Shown: positions 17,871-26,730 of the stretch, piece after piece
Numbering within the stretch: the first letter of the stretch is position 1
Layout: each line of letters begins with the position of its first letter
Source of the DNA: a bacterium
Lineage (GTDB): Bacteria; UBP7; UBA6624; JBBIMK01
Length of the DNA: 64,000 nucleotides
Reading direction: 5' to 3'
Assembly: GCA_037444445.1 (NCBI GenBank)
Contig: JBBIMK010000007.1
Location: forward strand, 4,592 to 68,591
Position numbers and translations under genes: made by a program
The notes under the pieces: model-generated
Database searches by the model: none
Told to the model about the DNA's origin: nothing
Seen by the model: the letters and a program-made list of their open reading frames with translations, nothing else

Positions 17871-20066
17871 CTACGAGGTAACCACCGTGTAAGAGTAGGC
17901 AGTATTATCAGCAATATCTGTCACTTTGAGTGTGATGGTATGCTCACCTTCGGAAATCCCGGTGATAGAGAATATGTAGGACTCCGACTTAGAATCCGGA
18001 ATTCCATCGGCAGGGAGAATCACTTTCCAGGAATCAGAATCCAAAGAATATTCAGCCCCATCTATGCGGCTCCAGGCATCAGAGACCCGAAAGGATATAA
18101 AGATTTTTGATTTCTCTGAGCGGGCTTTCAAGTCTGTAATGACAGGCGGAGAATTATCCAGGACGAAGGCATCACTGATAGATTCCCCTGTTAAGGCAAT
18201 GGGGTCCGGATTGGATGGGGCGTCAGAAGCCACCACTTTCACAAAATAGGTTCCATCTGGAAGGGTTGTAGTATCCCAATTAAAACGGGAGGTAACAAGT
18301 TTATCCTTTAATAATTTCCAGCGACTTTCCGTATTGAGGCGATAATAAAGCGTATAAGTCATCTTATCTCCGTTCGGGTCTGAGGCTCTCCAGGTGATAA
18401 CCTGAAGACCCTTCTGGGTGGGACGAGGAGGGGGTGGACCCGGGGGAGGCATTTCCGTTTCGCCCCCAAATACCTGCTGAACTGCAGAAGTCATAAGGGC
18501 CTCCATGTCTGCTCTTCCCGGAGGCTGGGCGGCCTGCTTCGCCGCCTGAGTGGGTGATACAATCTGCACAGAGCTGACGCTCGGAGGTAAGTTTCGTTGT
18601 AAATAAGAGAAGGCGAATTTATGCACCTCCGGACTTCTGGAGCCGTCTGACGACAGAATCACTTTCCACTGGAGATAACGAGCGGAAGCACTCTGGATTT
18701 TATCGTCCTTTGCAGGCTTCCATTCACCCCAGGTGCTTTCCGGCTTGTCCGTATTCCCGGTGCGAGTATAAAATTCAGCGCGGGCTCCGGCAGGTAAAGC
18801 AACCTCTTTCTCCACGGCACCCCAGTCGGAAAGGATGCCGGCATCAAAAACCTCTGAAATATAAAACCCTTCGGACTGGCGTTTACCGGTTAGCCGATAT
18901 ACTTTCCCAAGATTGCTGGTGAGGACGAAATAAGTTCCCGAAGTATCCGGCAAAAGTTCCGTGATTTGCTCTTCGTCTAAATCCGATTCAAGAGTTTCTT
19001 TACCTTCGGTAGAAATGAAATACAGGAAGCCTTGTTTTCCCGTTCCAACAAGGAATCCGGAGGGGGAAGACGGAGCCAAAGCATACAGGTCATCCGACGA
19101 AGTTTCCCAGAGAGTTTGCCCGATACCCTCGTAAGTAATTTTTACAATGCCAGACTTTCTGGGACCTGCAGGCACAGGAGGAAGTGTGGGTGCTTCCTCC
19201 ATTTGCTCCGTTATTTCCTGAACAGTAGAAGCGAGATTAGAAAAATCGCCCTGCATGAATTGCTGGGCGAGGCTCGCTATGTCAGGCATTTGTGCGACTT
19301 TCCCTGCTGGAGCCTTCATCTTCGGAGCTGCCGAACCACCCATCACATAGAGAGCCTCCGGTGTCAACAGAATTTTCAGCACTTCCTGGTAGGGGGTGTC
19401 AAAAAGAGCGAAAGGGCGCCCATCAGCCGTAATCCGATATACCCAGCCGTTGTTCGCAGTGCCCACATAAACTTCACCCTTATTTCTAACAGCCAGAGAA
19501 CGGAGATGAGACTCATCGCTCTCAAAGACTGTTTCTGCTTGATTTTGCTTCTTCACTCTATAGAGTTTGCCTTTTTCATCTCCCGTCGCCACCCAGAGGG
19601 CCCCTTCTTCATCCAGTGCCAGAGCCCAGATATATTTTTCTGGCGGGTCGAAATAAACTTCACTTTTCTCCGCCGAAGGAATCCAGTAGACTTTCCCATC
19701 TGGCGAAGTGGCCGCAAAAATCTCGCCTTTCCTTCCCCCTATAGCAAGAGCATGGACCTCTGGCTCCTCGGCATCAAAATAGACCGAGGTGTCGCCCTGA
19801 GGGGAAATCCGAAACACTTTCCCCTCGTTGCCGGTGCCCACATAAAGATTCCCCGCAGAATCTTTGACAGCCGTCCATACATACGGGGCCTCCAGGTCAG
19901 CCAGTTTTTCCAGTGATGGGGCTAAACCCAGAATCCCTTGTGAAGAAATGGATACACCCTCCACTTTGCCTTTCTTGAAATCGGCATACGAGGTGTAGAC
20001 CTTATAATTCGGTGAGGCTGATACAAGCACTACACCAATGAGCCAGAGTCCAATGGTCTTTTTCAC
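17871..20066 (-). CDS. secreted beta-propeller repeat protein with C-terminal Ig/FN3-like domains
   Basis: Signal peptide. Repeated YVGT.../VWVAT.../VYVGT... blades (Reg_prop/PQQ-like pattern). C-terminal beta-sandwich-like region. ATGA overlap with the upstream peptidase gene. Confidence 0.6.
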   Translation of the reverse strand: MKKTIGLWLIGVVLVSASPNYKVYTSYADFKKGKVEGVSISSQGILGLAPSLEKLADLEAPYVWTAVKDSAGNLYVGTGNEGKVFRISPQGDTSVYFDAEEPEVHALAIGGRKGEIFAATSPDGKVYWIPSAEKSEVYFDPPEKYIWALALDEEGALWVATGDEKGKLYRVKKQNQAETVFESDESHLRSLAVRNKGEVYVGTANNGWVYRITADGRPFALFDTPYQEVLKILLTPEALYVMGGSAAPKMKAPAGKVAQMPDIASLAQQFMQGDFSNLASTVQEITEQMEEAPTLPPVPAGPRKSGIVKITYEGIGQTLWETSSDDLYALAPSSPSGFLVGTGKQGFLYFISTEGKETLESDLDEEQITELLPDTSGTYFVLTSNLGKVYRLTGKRQSEGFYISEVFDAGILSDWGAVEKEVALPAGARAEFYTRTGNTDKPESTWGEWKPAKDDKIQSASARYLQWKVILSSDGSRSPEVHKFAFSYLQRNLPPSVSSVQIVSPTQAAKQAAQPPGRADMEALMTSAVQQVFGGETEMPPPGPPPPRPTQKGLQVITWRASDPNGDKMTYTLYYRLNTESRWKLLKDKLVTSRFNWDTTTLPDGTYFVKVVASDAPSNPDPIALTGESISDAFVLDNSPPVITDLKARSEKSKIFISFRVSDAWSRIDGAEYSLDSDSWKVILPADGIPDSKSESYIFSITGISEGEHTITLKVTDIADNTAYSYTVVTS

Positions 20067-21934
20067 TTCATTTCCTCCTTTTCTATTTGAACTGAAAGCA
20101 TTTCTTTCCCTGTTATTTCAAAACGGAGTTTCTCGGAATTTTCTGAAACAATTTTTCTTTGATAACGGAAGGAATCTTTAGGAACTCGGGGAGATTCCAG
20201 TACACTGGAAATGGAGGGTGGAAGAGAAGGGAAGTCTTTTCCGTGGATGTAGAGCCCTCCTTCAGGCTGTTCCAGAAAAACATAAAGTCGATTGCTCATT
20301 CTCTTTTCCTTCAATAGTCGTAAAACATCTTCAAAAGAATACGGGGTAGTAGGGGAAAGGGATATATCCTCCAGAGTAGCCTCTTGACCTCCGCCGATGA
20401 AGATTTGCATCGTGCCTTCTTTGATGGATTCAGGAACTTTCACAGTAAGAGTATGACGCTCCTCATCCTTCATCCAGGGCTTTAGAATATAAAAAATCTG
20501 AAGGGATTCACCGGGTGCTACCGTTGTTTTATCGGTCCAGGCCCTCTTCAAAACGGCAGAATTTCTACCCCGAACAACTTCTAACTGAATCTCTACTTTT
20601 TCCAGATTTGGAAACACAAATCCATTGTCAAAAATGGATGCGAGGATAGAAGTCAGGTCAAATGCTGCATTGGCCAGAGCGGAATCTCCGCCAAAAAGAA
20701 ACTCAAAAAATCCTGGCATCCCCCCATAAAAATTTTCAAAGGGAAGGATGCCATAATTCTGGATATAAATCCGAGCAGACACTTGAAGACTGGTTCCGCT
20801 TCCAGATAACCGAGCAGATTCCATAGCGTCCGCTATCACTGAGAAGGTCAGAAAACTCATAAAGGGATTGATAGATTTATCCTGAGCGATACGATACGAA
20901 AAGGATTTCTTCTCTCCCCCGGGAAACTGAATATCTATCTGAAGCGGATACATATTCACCGGTGCACCCAGAATACCAAAGATACCTGTGGTTCTATCCT
21001 GTCGCAAGTTCCCTACGATTTTTCCGGTATTAGCCATTTTGGTAGAAGCGGAAAGGAGGGAGAGGGTGTGAACGATGGAAGCCTGAGCCATGGGAAGGTT
21101 GATGGGTCCCTGGTCGAAGAAGGGATGCCCGAAAGCCAGCACGGAGTTATCCTTCCGATAGGTAACCGTTCCAGTGGCATCAAAATTCAGGTCGCCGTCC
21201 ACCAGAACAGCGGAAATGGGGGAACCTGGTTCCAGGGGAGGGCCCGTATCTTCTGCCCTGCCTCCACCTGGTGTCATAACCAGCCCCGCTTCCTCAAAAA
21301 CGGGTTGTATCCGATTAAACACCGCCGGAGAAATACCCGAAACAGAGAGAAGCAGGGGGATGTTCTCCATCCCTTCTGGATAACGAGCAGATAATTTTGA
21401 CCAGCGCTGCGTAATTTCCTCCCAGAAGGCTTGCTTCTGACCAGGAATTCCAAGGGCAGACCAGAAAGCAGAAGCAGAAAACTGGGGAACCGGCTCTTCC
21501 TCATCCCGAATAGATTCTTTACCAGGAATTTCCAACATCTCTTCTATGGGGGTGACGCCAGCAATGGGTTCTTTTTGAAAACTTCCAAAGCGATAAGCCA
21601 GCGCACCCACCAGTTTGTCCTGTATATATACAGGACTCCCGCTCATTCCCGCCACGACACCCGTGAATTGTGCCTTTTCTCCGAGAAGACGAATGAGGAT
21701 CACACTCCGCTTAGAAGAAAAATTCTTTAGCACACCCACAACTTCCACAGGAAATTCTTCAATTTTATCTCCCTGAAAAACCGTTTTAGCATATCCACGC
21801 ATCCCTTCTTTTATCTCGGATAAGGCAAGTATTTGAGGTTCTGCCTTGAGAATAGAAGCGGAAAAAAGGAAAATCCCCACAACTCCACTCCAGGCCACTC
21901 GTTTTACCATCCAAAATCCCTCCTGCTCCTTCAT
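20063..21934 (-). CDS. secreted serine peptidase-like protein (GMSGSP motif; SpoIVB/S55-like, tentative)
   Basis: Signal peptide. GVVAGMSGSPVY resembles the S55/SpoIVB catalytic serine motif. The overall architecture is non-canonical, so the function is tentative. Confidence 0.45.
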   Translation of the reverse strand: MKEQEGFWMVKRVAWSGVVGIFLFSASILKAEPQILALSEIKEGMRGYAKTVFQGDKIEEFPVEVVGVLKNFSSKRSVILIRLLGEKAQFTGVVAGMSGSPVYIQDKLVGALAYRFGSFQKEPIAGVTPIEEMLEIPGKESIRDEEEPVPQFSASAFWSALGIPGQKQAFWEEITQRWSKLSARYPEGMENIPLLLSVSGISPAVFNRIQPVFEEAGLVMTPGGGRAEDTGPPLEPGSPISAVLVDGDLNFDATGTVTYRKDNSVLAFGHPFFDQGPINLPMAQASIVHTLSLLSASTKMANTGKIVGNLRQDRTTGIFGILGAPVNMYPLQIDIQFPGGEKKSFSYRIAQDKSINPFMSFLTFSVIADAMESARLSGSGTSLQVSARIYIQNYGILPFENFYGGMPGFFEFLFGGDSALANAAFDLTSILASIFDNGFVFPNLEKVEIQLEVVRGRNSAVLKRAWTDKTTVAPGESLQIFYILKPWMKDEERHTLTVKVPESIKEGTMQIFIGGGQEATLEDISLSPTTPYSFEDVLRLLKEKRMSNRLYVFLEQPEGGLYIHGKDFPSLPPSISSVLESPRVPKDSFRYQRKIVSENSEKLRFEITGKEMLSVQIEKEEMK

Positions 21935-22020
21935 ATAACAACTATATCATACATCAGGAAAATGAAAAATGGAAAAACTTGCCCCATTGGGAAAAGAAAG
22001 AGTAGAATATACTACAGACG

Positions 22021-22392
22021 GTGGAAATCTGGTTAAAAAGATTGGTTCTACTGGATGTAGTGGGATGGATGGCGATTCTGGCTATCCTCCTTTATATGGC
22101 CCGGGTATTACATATCACTTCGCGGCGGATACTATTGCTGGCAGAAAACCTGGAAAAAAAGATTACGGCCTTAACGGAGAGTGCGGACCGGTTAATGAGC
22201 CAGACCCGGCAAGACATCCGAACCATTCGGGGAGGTATCTTATCTGCGCTCAATGTATTCCAGATCTTCGGAACCATAGCGGAGGGCATCCAATCCGGAT
22301 TCATCGCTGCATTGCTCAGCCTTTTCAAGAGGGAAAAACACAAAGTCTCCTCCATTCGTAAACCTCAAGAAGATTCAGAAAGGAAGGTGTGA
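22021..22392 (+). CDS. DUF948-like membrane protein (N-terminal TM + coiled coil)
   Basis: Single TM helix (VVGWMAILAILLYMA) followed by a coiled-coil. It lies immediately upstream of a YtxH-like gene, a common DUF948/YtxH pairing. Confidence 0.5.
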   Translation: MEIWLKRLVLLDVVGWMAILAILLYMARVLHITSRRILLLAENLEKKITALTESADRLMSQTRQDIRTIRGGILSALNVFQIFGTIAEGIQSGFIAALLSLFKREKHKVSSIRKPQEDSERKV

Positions 22393-22393
22393 A

Positions 22394-22654
22394 ATGTCTG
22401 ACGGGACTGAAGGAAAATCGTGGGGATGGTTCCTGGGAGGCCTGGGACTGGGGCTTCTCGTTGGAGTGACCTTCGGGTTGCTGTTCGCTCCGAAAACTGG
22501 AGAAGAACTGCGCCGCATTATACGCGAAAATGTGGAAGGGGGTTGGGATAAAATAAAAGAGAAACTGGAGGCCTGGCTTGCCACAGCCAAAGAAAAAACA
22601 TCAGAAATCCTTCACGAACTGGAAAGCGTGGAAGATACTACAAAACCAGCATAG
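22394..22654 (+). CDS. YtxH-like small membrane/stress protein
   Basis: Gly-zipper TM (FLGGLGLGLLVGVTFGLLFAPKTGEELRR) characteristic of the YtxH domain. AAGGTG RBS. Confidence 0.65.
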   Translation: MSDGTEGKSWGWFLGGLGLGLLVGVTFGLLFAPKTGEELRRIIRENVEGGWDKIKEKLEAWLATAKEKTSEILHELESVEDTTKPA

Positions 22655-23663
22655 CATCTCCAAAAGAATAAAACCGATATCTCTGAGCCACCGCCACACG
22701 ATAGGCTTCTAAAACAGTCTCCACTCCCCCGAAGGCACAGACCAGCAGTAGATGGGTGGAAGCCGGTAAGTGAAAGTTCGTAATTAAGGCATCTGTAACT
22801 TGAAAGGCAAATCCAGGATAGATAAAGAGAGTGGTTTGGGTCCGGCAGGGGAGAAGGTGAGAATTCTTTCTTGGCACGGATTCCAGCACTCTAACCGAAC
22901 TTGTGCCTACAGCCACAACTCGTCTTCCCTCCTGCCGAGCCAGATTTAACTTCTCTGCCGTCTCTTCATCCAGTTCATACAGTTCTGGCTGGAGTTGATG
23001 GTTTTCCACAGGCACATTCTTGAGCAGAAGAAAGGTAGATTCAGATAAAAAAAGAGAGACTTCTGCGAGAATCACACCCTTATCCTCCAGCGCCCTTAAA
23101 AGAGGTTCATCAAAGTGGAGGCCGGCCGTAGGAGCGGCAAGGGCTCCCTCCTTTTTAGCGAACACGGTTTGATAGCGTTCCGGGTCTGAGAGGTCTTTAT
23201 GAATGTAAGGCGGAAGAGGGACTTCACCAATTTGCTTTAATTCGGATGACCCAAGAGGAGGATGAAAAGCGATACGGAAGCGGCCCTCTTCCGGGATTGA
23301 AAGCACTTCTAAATACCGACTTGCGTCTGCATTCAACTGGACGCGGGTGCCCGGGTGTAACCTTCGTCCGGGTCTCATCCGTGCAAGCCATTCGTTGGAG
23401 TTCAAGGACTTCAATAGCAGGACATCCACGGCGCCGCCGGTGGGAATTTTTCGCCCCCGTAAACGCGCAGGGATCACCCGAACATTATTCAACACCAGCA
23501 CATCCCCGGGTTCCAGGTAAAAAACAATATCCCGAAAGGTCCTATGCTCTATCTTCCCGGTGGAGCGATGAAGAACCAGTAAACGGGAATCCGAACGAAC
23601 AGGCAAGGGCTCCTGGGCAATGAGTTCAGGGGGTAATGAAAAAGAAAATCGGGTGGTTTGCAT
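22638..23663 (-). CDS. queA: S-adenosylmethionine:tRNA ribosyltransferase-isomerase
   Basis: FSLPPELIAQEPLPVRSDSRLLVL..., TAGLHF and a conserved C-terminal region match QueA throughout. 341 aa. Confidence 0.9.
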   Translation of the reverse strand: MQTTRFSFSLPPELIAQEPLPVRSDSRLLVLHRSTGKIEHRTFRDIVFYLEPGDVLVLNNVRVIPARLRGRKIPTGGAVDVLLLKSLNSNEWLARMRPGRRLHPGTRVQLNADASRYLEVLSIPEEGRFRIAFHPPLGSSELKQIGEVPLPPYIHKDLSDPERYQTVFAKKEGALAAPTAGLHFDEPLLRALEDKGVILAEVSLFLSESTFLLLKNVPVENHQLQPELYELDEETAEKLNLARQEGRRVVAVGTSSVRVLESVPRKNSHLLPCRTQTTLFIYPGFAFQVTDALITNFHLPASTHLLLVCAFGGVETVLEAYRVAVAQRYRFYSFGDAMLVL

Positions 23664-23671
23664 CGTCTGAT

Positions 23672-23902
23672 TTACCGATGGCGTAAGAGGACATAAAGAA
23701 AAAGATTCAGGAGAATACTGAGAAGAAGACTGAGCAGGAGCATCGTTACGAAGGGAAAGTAGAAGGTGAACCCGTTGCGTTGAATGAAAATATCTCCAGG
23801 AAGGTGCCCGAATTTTGGGAATTTTCCTCCATAGAGAAACAGGATTCCTAACAGGATGAACAGGAATCCGACAAGAAGAAAGAAGCGCCCGATTTCATTC
23901 AT
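23672..23902 (-). CDS. DUF2905 family small membrane protein
   Basis: 76 aa with two TM helices and the GKFPKFGHLPGDIF motif typical of DUF2905. Located between queA and ruvB. Confidence 0.6.
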   Translation of the reverse strand: MNEIGRFFLLVGFLFILLGILFLYGGKFPKFGHLPGDIFIQRNGFTFYFPFVTMLLLSLLLSILLNLFLYVLLRHR

Positions 23903-23905
23903 AAT

Positions 23906-24889
23906 TCACAAGGGTTTCTGTTGCAAAAGGCGAACAGATTTTTTTGTAAGCACTCTCCCCTGTGGAGTGCGCCTCAACAATCCCATTTTAATCAGAAAAG
24001 GCTCGTACACATCCACAAGAGTGTCCCTCTCTTCTCCGAGGACAGCGGAAAGCGTATCCAGACCTGCCGGACCTCCTTGAAAATCGTGAGCCATAACCCA
24101 TAACAATTTTCTGTCCATAGCATCCAGGCCATATTCATCGATTTCCAGAGCAGTCAGCGCTCTTTCAGTAATCTTTTTCTCCACTTTTCCATTCCCTTCT
24201 ACCTTTGCGAAATCGGCGACTCGTTTGAAAAGGCGTAGAGCCACGCGAGGGGTTCCTCTACCCCGAATGGCTATCATACGGATAGCCTCTGAAGTTGTGG
24301 GCACTTGCAGGACGGTAGCATAGTTCTGCAGGATTTCTTCTATCTCCTTCACGGAGTAAAAATCCAGCTTAAATATAAATCCGAAACGATTTCGCAGAGG
24401 GGAAGAAAGGAGTCCCGGACGAGTCGTGGCTCCCACCAGGGTAAAGAAAGGGAGGGAGATTTTCAAGATTCGGGCGCTCGCTCCCTTACCCATCACGATG
24501 TTCAGAGAGAAATTTTCCATGGCGGGATAAAGAGATTCCTCCACAGCAGCAGGGATCCGATGGATTTCATCAATGAAAAAGGTGTCCCGAAAATTCAACT
24601 CTGAAAAAAGAGCCGCCAGGTCTGCCACCCGGGTTAGCACAGGCCCAGAGGTGGCATAAAAATTTCCTCCCTGCTCCCGAGCCAGAACGCTGGCTAAGGT
24701 GGATTTTCCCATTCCCGGGGGCCCATAAAATAGCACATGGTCCAAAGATGTGTTACTTTTCCGGGAAGCCATCAGGGCGATGTGAAGAATCTGCTTCACT
24801 TTTTCTTGCCCGACAAATTCGTCGAATGTAGTGGGGCGGTACACAAAAGTTTCTTCTGCATTCCGACGAGGGTCTACCAGGCGATTCAT
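23906..24889 (-). CDS. ruvB: Holliday junction branch migration DNA helicase RuvB
   Basis: Walker A GPPGMGKSTLA, AAA+ RuvB core and a C-terminal winged helix. 327 aa. Confidence 0.95.
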   Translation of the reverse strand: MNRLVDPRRNAEETFVYRPTTFDEFVGQEKVKQILHIALMASRKSNTSLDHVLFYGPPGMGKSTLASVLAREQGGNFYATSGPVLTRVADLAALFSELNFRDTFFIDEIHRIPAAVEESLYPAMENFSLNIVMGKGASARILKISLPFFTLVGATTRPGLLSSPLRNRFGFIFKLDFYSVKEIEEILQNYATVLQVPTTSEAIRMIAIRGRGTPRVALRLFKRVADFAKVEGNGKVEKKITERALTALEIDEYGLDAMDRKLLWVMAHDFQGGPAGLDTLSAVLGEERDTLVDVYEPFLIKMGLLRRTPQGRVLTKKSVRLLQQKPL

Positions 24890-25461
24890 CTGTGTTTCAA
24901 AGCCTCACGAATCAGCACTTCAAGGGATTTAATAGGGGGGACACGAGAACGGACTCGGCGCAATCTCTGCTGGGCTTCTCTGCGTGTAAAGCCGAGGGAG
25001 AGTAAAGCCTGGAGGGCATCTGCCCACAGATTGCTTAATCCCTTTTGCCAGCCTCCCCATTTTCCTTCCAGAACTTCCTCCCTTACTTCTGCGATGATTC
25101 GTCGGGCTGTTTTCACGCCGATTCCAGAAATAGATTGTAACGATTCTTCATCACCATCCGCAATGCTCTGCAAAAGGGAAAGGAGATTTCCATTCAACAA
25201 GCGGAAAGCCATTTTTTTCCCCACGCCCTGGATGCGGGTGAGCCGTCGGAAAAGGTCCCGCTCCCTCTCCGTTTGAAATCCATACAACGACAGGCCCGTG
25301 TCATCCAGAATAAATTCTGTAAAAAAATGCGTTTTCTTCCCCTTTTTCAATGTCTGGATGTAACTCGCGGGAGAAAATACCGTAAGAGTAACCGGACCGA
25401 CCTCCAAATCCACCCGATCTTTATCCCATCTGAGAATTTTTCCTCTAATCTCTGTGAGCAT
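24886..25461 (-). CDS. ruvA: Holliday junction DNA helicase RuvA
   Basis: OB fold, HhH motifs (GIGVKTARRII) and a C-terminal domain. ATGA overlap with ruvB. Confidence 0.9.
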   Translation of the reverse strand: MLTEIRGKILRWDKDRVDLEVGPVTLTVFSPASYIQTLKKGKKTHFFTEFILDDTGLSLYGFQTERERDLFRRLTRIQGVGKKMAFRLLNGNLLSLLQSIADGDEESLQSISGIGVKTARRIIAEVREEVLEGKWGGWQKGLSNLWADALQALLSLGFTRREAQQRLRRVRSRVPPIKSLEVLIREALKHR

Positions 25462-25933
25462 AAGCGTATTCCTTCAAGCCACAAGCCAAAGCCACCCCAA
25501 TAGCATCCAGGGCATCTACATGCGAATCCTGAATTTCAAACTGGCGGAAAAGGGCATGTCGGATGTCTTGTTTGGAGGAATTGCCGTAGCCGGTGAGGGC
25601 GAGTTTCACTGTTTTGGGGGAGAAAAAACGAATCGGCAAATGGCTTTGCACCGCAGCCAGAAGAACCACCCCTATCACACAACCCATCCTTAAACTCTGT
25701 TGGGAGGAACGAGGATACCCTCCCCATTCCACAGCCACCAGATGGGGAGAATGCAGCTGGACCCAGGTTCTTGCTATCTCGTGCACTTCCATCAAGGTTT
25801 GTTCCAGCGTTTGAGATTGCAGTTCGTGGGTTTGCCATCGCAGAATATCCCAGGGATGGGTGGGAGAATGAACCTTTTCAATTACGGAGAGTCCGATGCG
25901 ATGAATGCCCGGGTCAACTCCCAGAATTCGCAT
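25445..25933 (-). CDS. ruvC: crossover junction endodeoxyribonuclease RuvC
   Basis: MRILGVDPG... RNase H-like fold. 162 aa. Immediately downstream of the yebC-like gene. Confidence 0.9.
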   Translation of the reverse strand: MRILGVDPGIHRIGLSVIEKVHSPTHPWDILRWQTHELQSQTLEQTLMEVHEIARTWVQLHSPHLVAVEWGGYPRSSQQSLRMGCVIGVVLLAAVQSHLPIRFFSPKTVKLALTGYGNSSKQDIRHALFRQFEIQDSHVDALDAIGVALACGLKEYAYAHRD

Positions 25934-25934
25934 C

Positions 25935-26720
25935 TCAAATCAACCTGGGAAGCCCTAAAAACTCTTCCATTTTGAAGCCTGAAATATCGTAGTTGGCATA
26001 GACTTCTTGAACATCATCCAGGTCTTCCAAGACAGAAATCAGTCGGAGAATTTTCTCAGCGGTTTCATCCTCCTCCACTCGGACCAGTTGTCGGGGCACG
26101 AAAGTGATTTCTGCGCGCTCAAAAGTGATGGGCAGTTTAGAGAGTTCCGCTTTGATATGGGTCAAATCTTTCGGGTCACAAATGACTTCAAAGACTCCAT
26201 CCTCTATGGTGACATCCTGGGCACCCACATCGGCGGCGATGTCAAAAAACTCCAGGTTGGGCACGGTGCCGATATTGCCCACCAACAGCCCCTTTTTATC
26301 AAACATCCATGCCACACTACCTTTTTCCGCCAGGTTACCACCATATTTAGAGAACAGATGTTTCAAGTCTCCTGAGGTCCGATTCCGATTATCCGTGACG
26401 GTGCGAATCAAAATGGCAATACCCGCCGGGCCATATCCTTCATAGAAAACCTCCTCAAAATTTGCCCCCTCTTCTCCACCCAATCCCCGGTTGATGGCGC
26501 GTTCTACCGTATCCGAGGGCATATTGATTTCACGGGCTTTATCAACGGCTTTCCGAAGGCGAGGGTTTGCCTCCAGGTCGCTACCGCCCGCTTTCGCCGC
26601 CACGGTCAATTCCCGAATAATCTTCGCAAACTGCTGCCCTTTACGGGCATCCATCGCCGCTTTCCGATGCTTGATATTTGCCCATTTAGAGTGTCCGGAC
26701 ATCGTTCCATCCACCTCCAT
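25935..26720 (-). CDS. YebC/PmpR family DNA-binding transcriptional regulator
   Basis: MSGHSKWANIKHRKAAMDARKG... is the canonical YebC N-terminus. Classic yebC-ruvCAB linkage. Confidence 0.9.
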   Translation of the reverse strand: MEVDGTMSGHSKWANIKHRKAAMDARKGQQFAKIIRELTVAAKAGGSDLEANPRLRKAVDKAREINMPSDTVERAINRGLGGEEGANFEEVFYEGYGPAGIAILIRTVTDNRNRTSGDLKHLFSKYGGNLAEKGSVAWMFDKKGLLVGNIGTVPNLEFFDIAADVGAQDVTIEDGVFEVICDPKDLTHIKAELSKLPITFERAEITFVPRQLVRVEEDETAEKILRLISVLEDLDDVQEVYANYDISGFKMEEFLGLPRLI

Positions 26721-26730
26721 ACAAATTGTA

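Noticed and set aside
21969-22361. 130-aa ORF overlapping the DUF948-like gene in another frame
   Set aside because: The overlapping 22021..22392 frame encodes a coherent TM plus coiled-coil protein that abuts the YtxH gene with a proper RBS. The alternative frame has no recognisable features.
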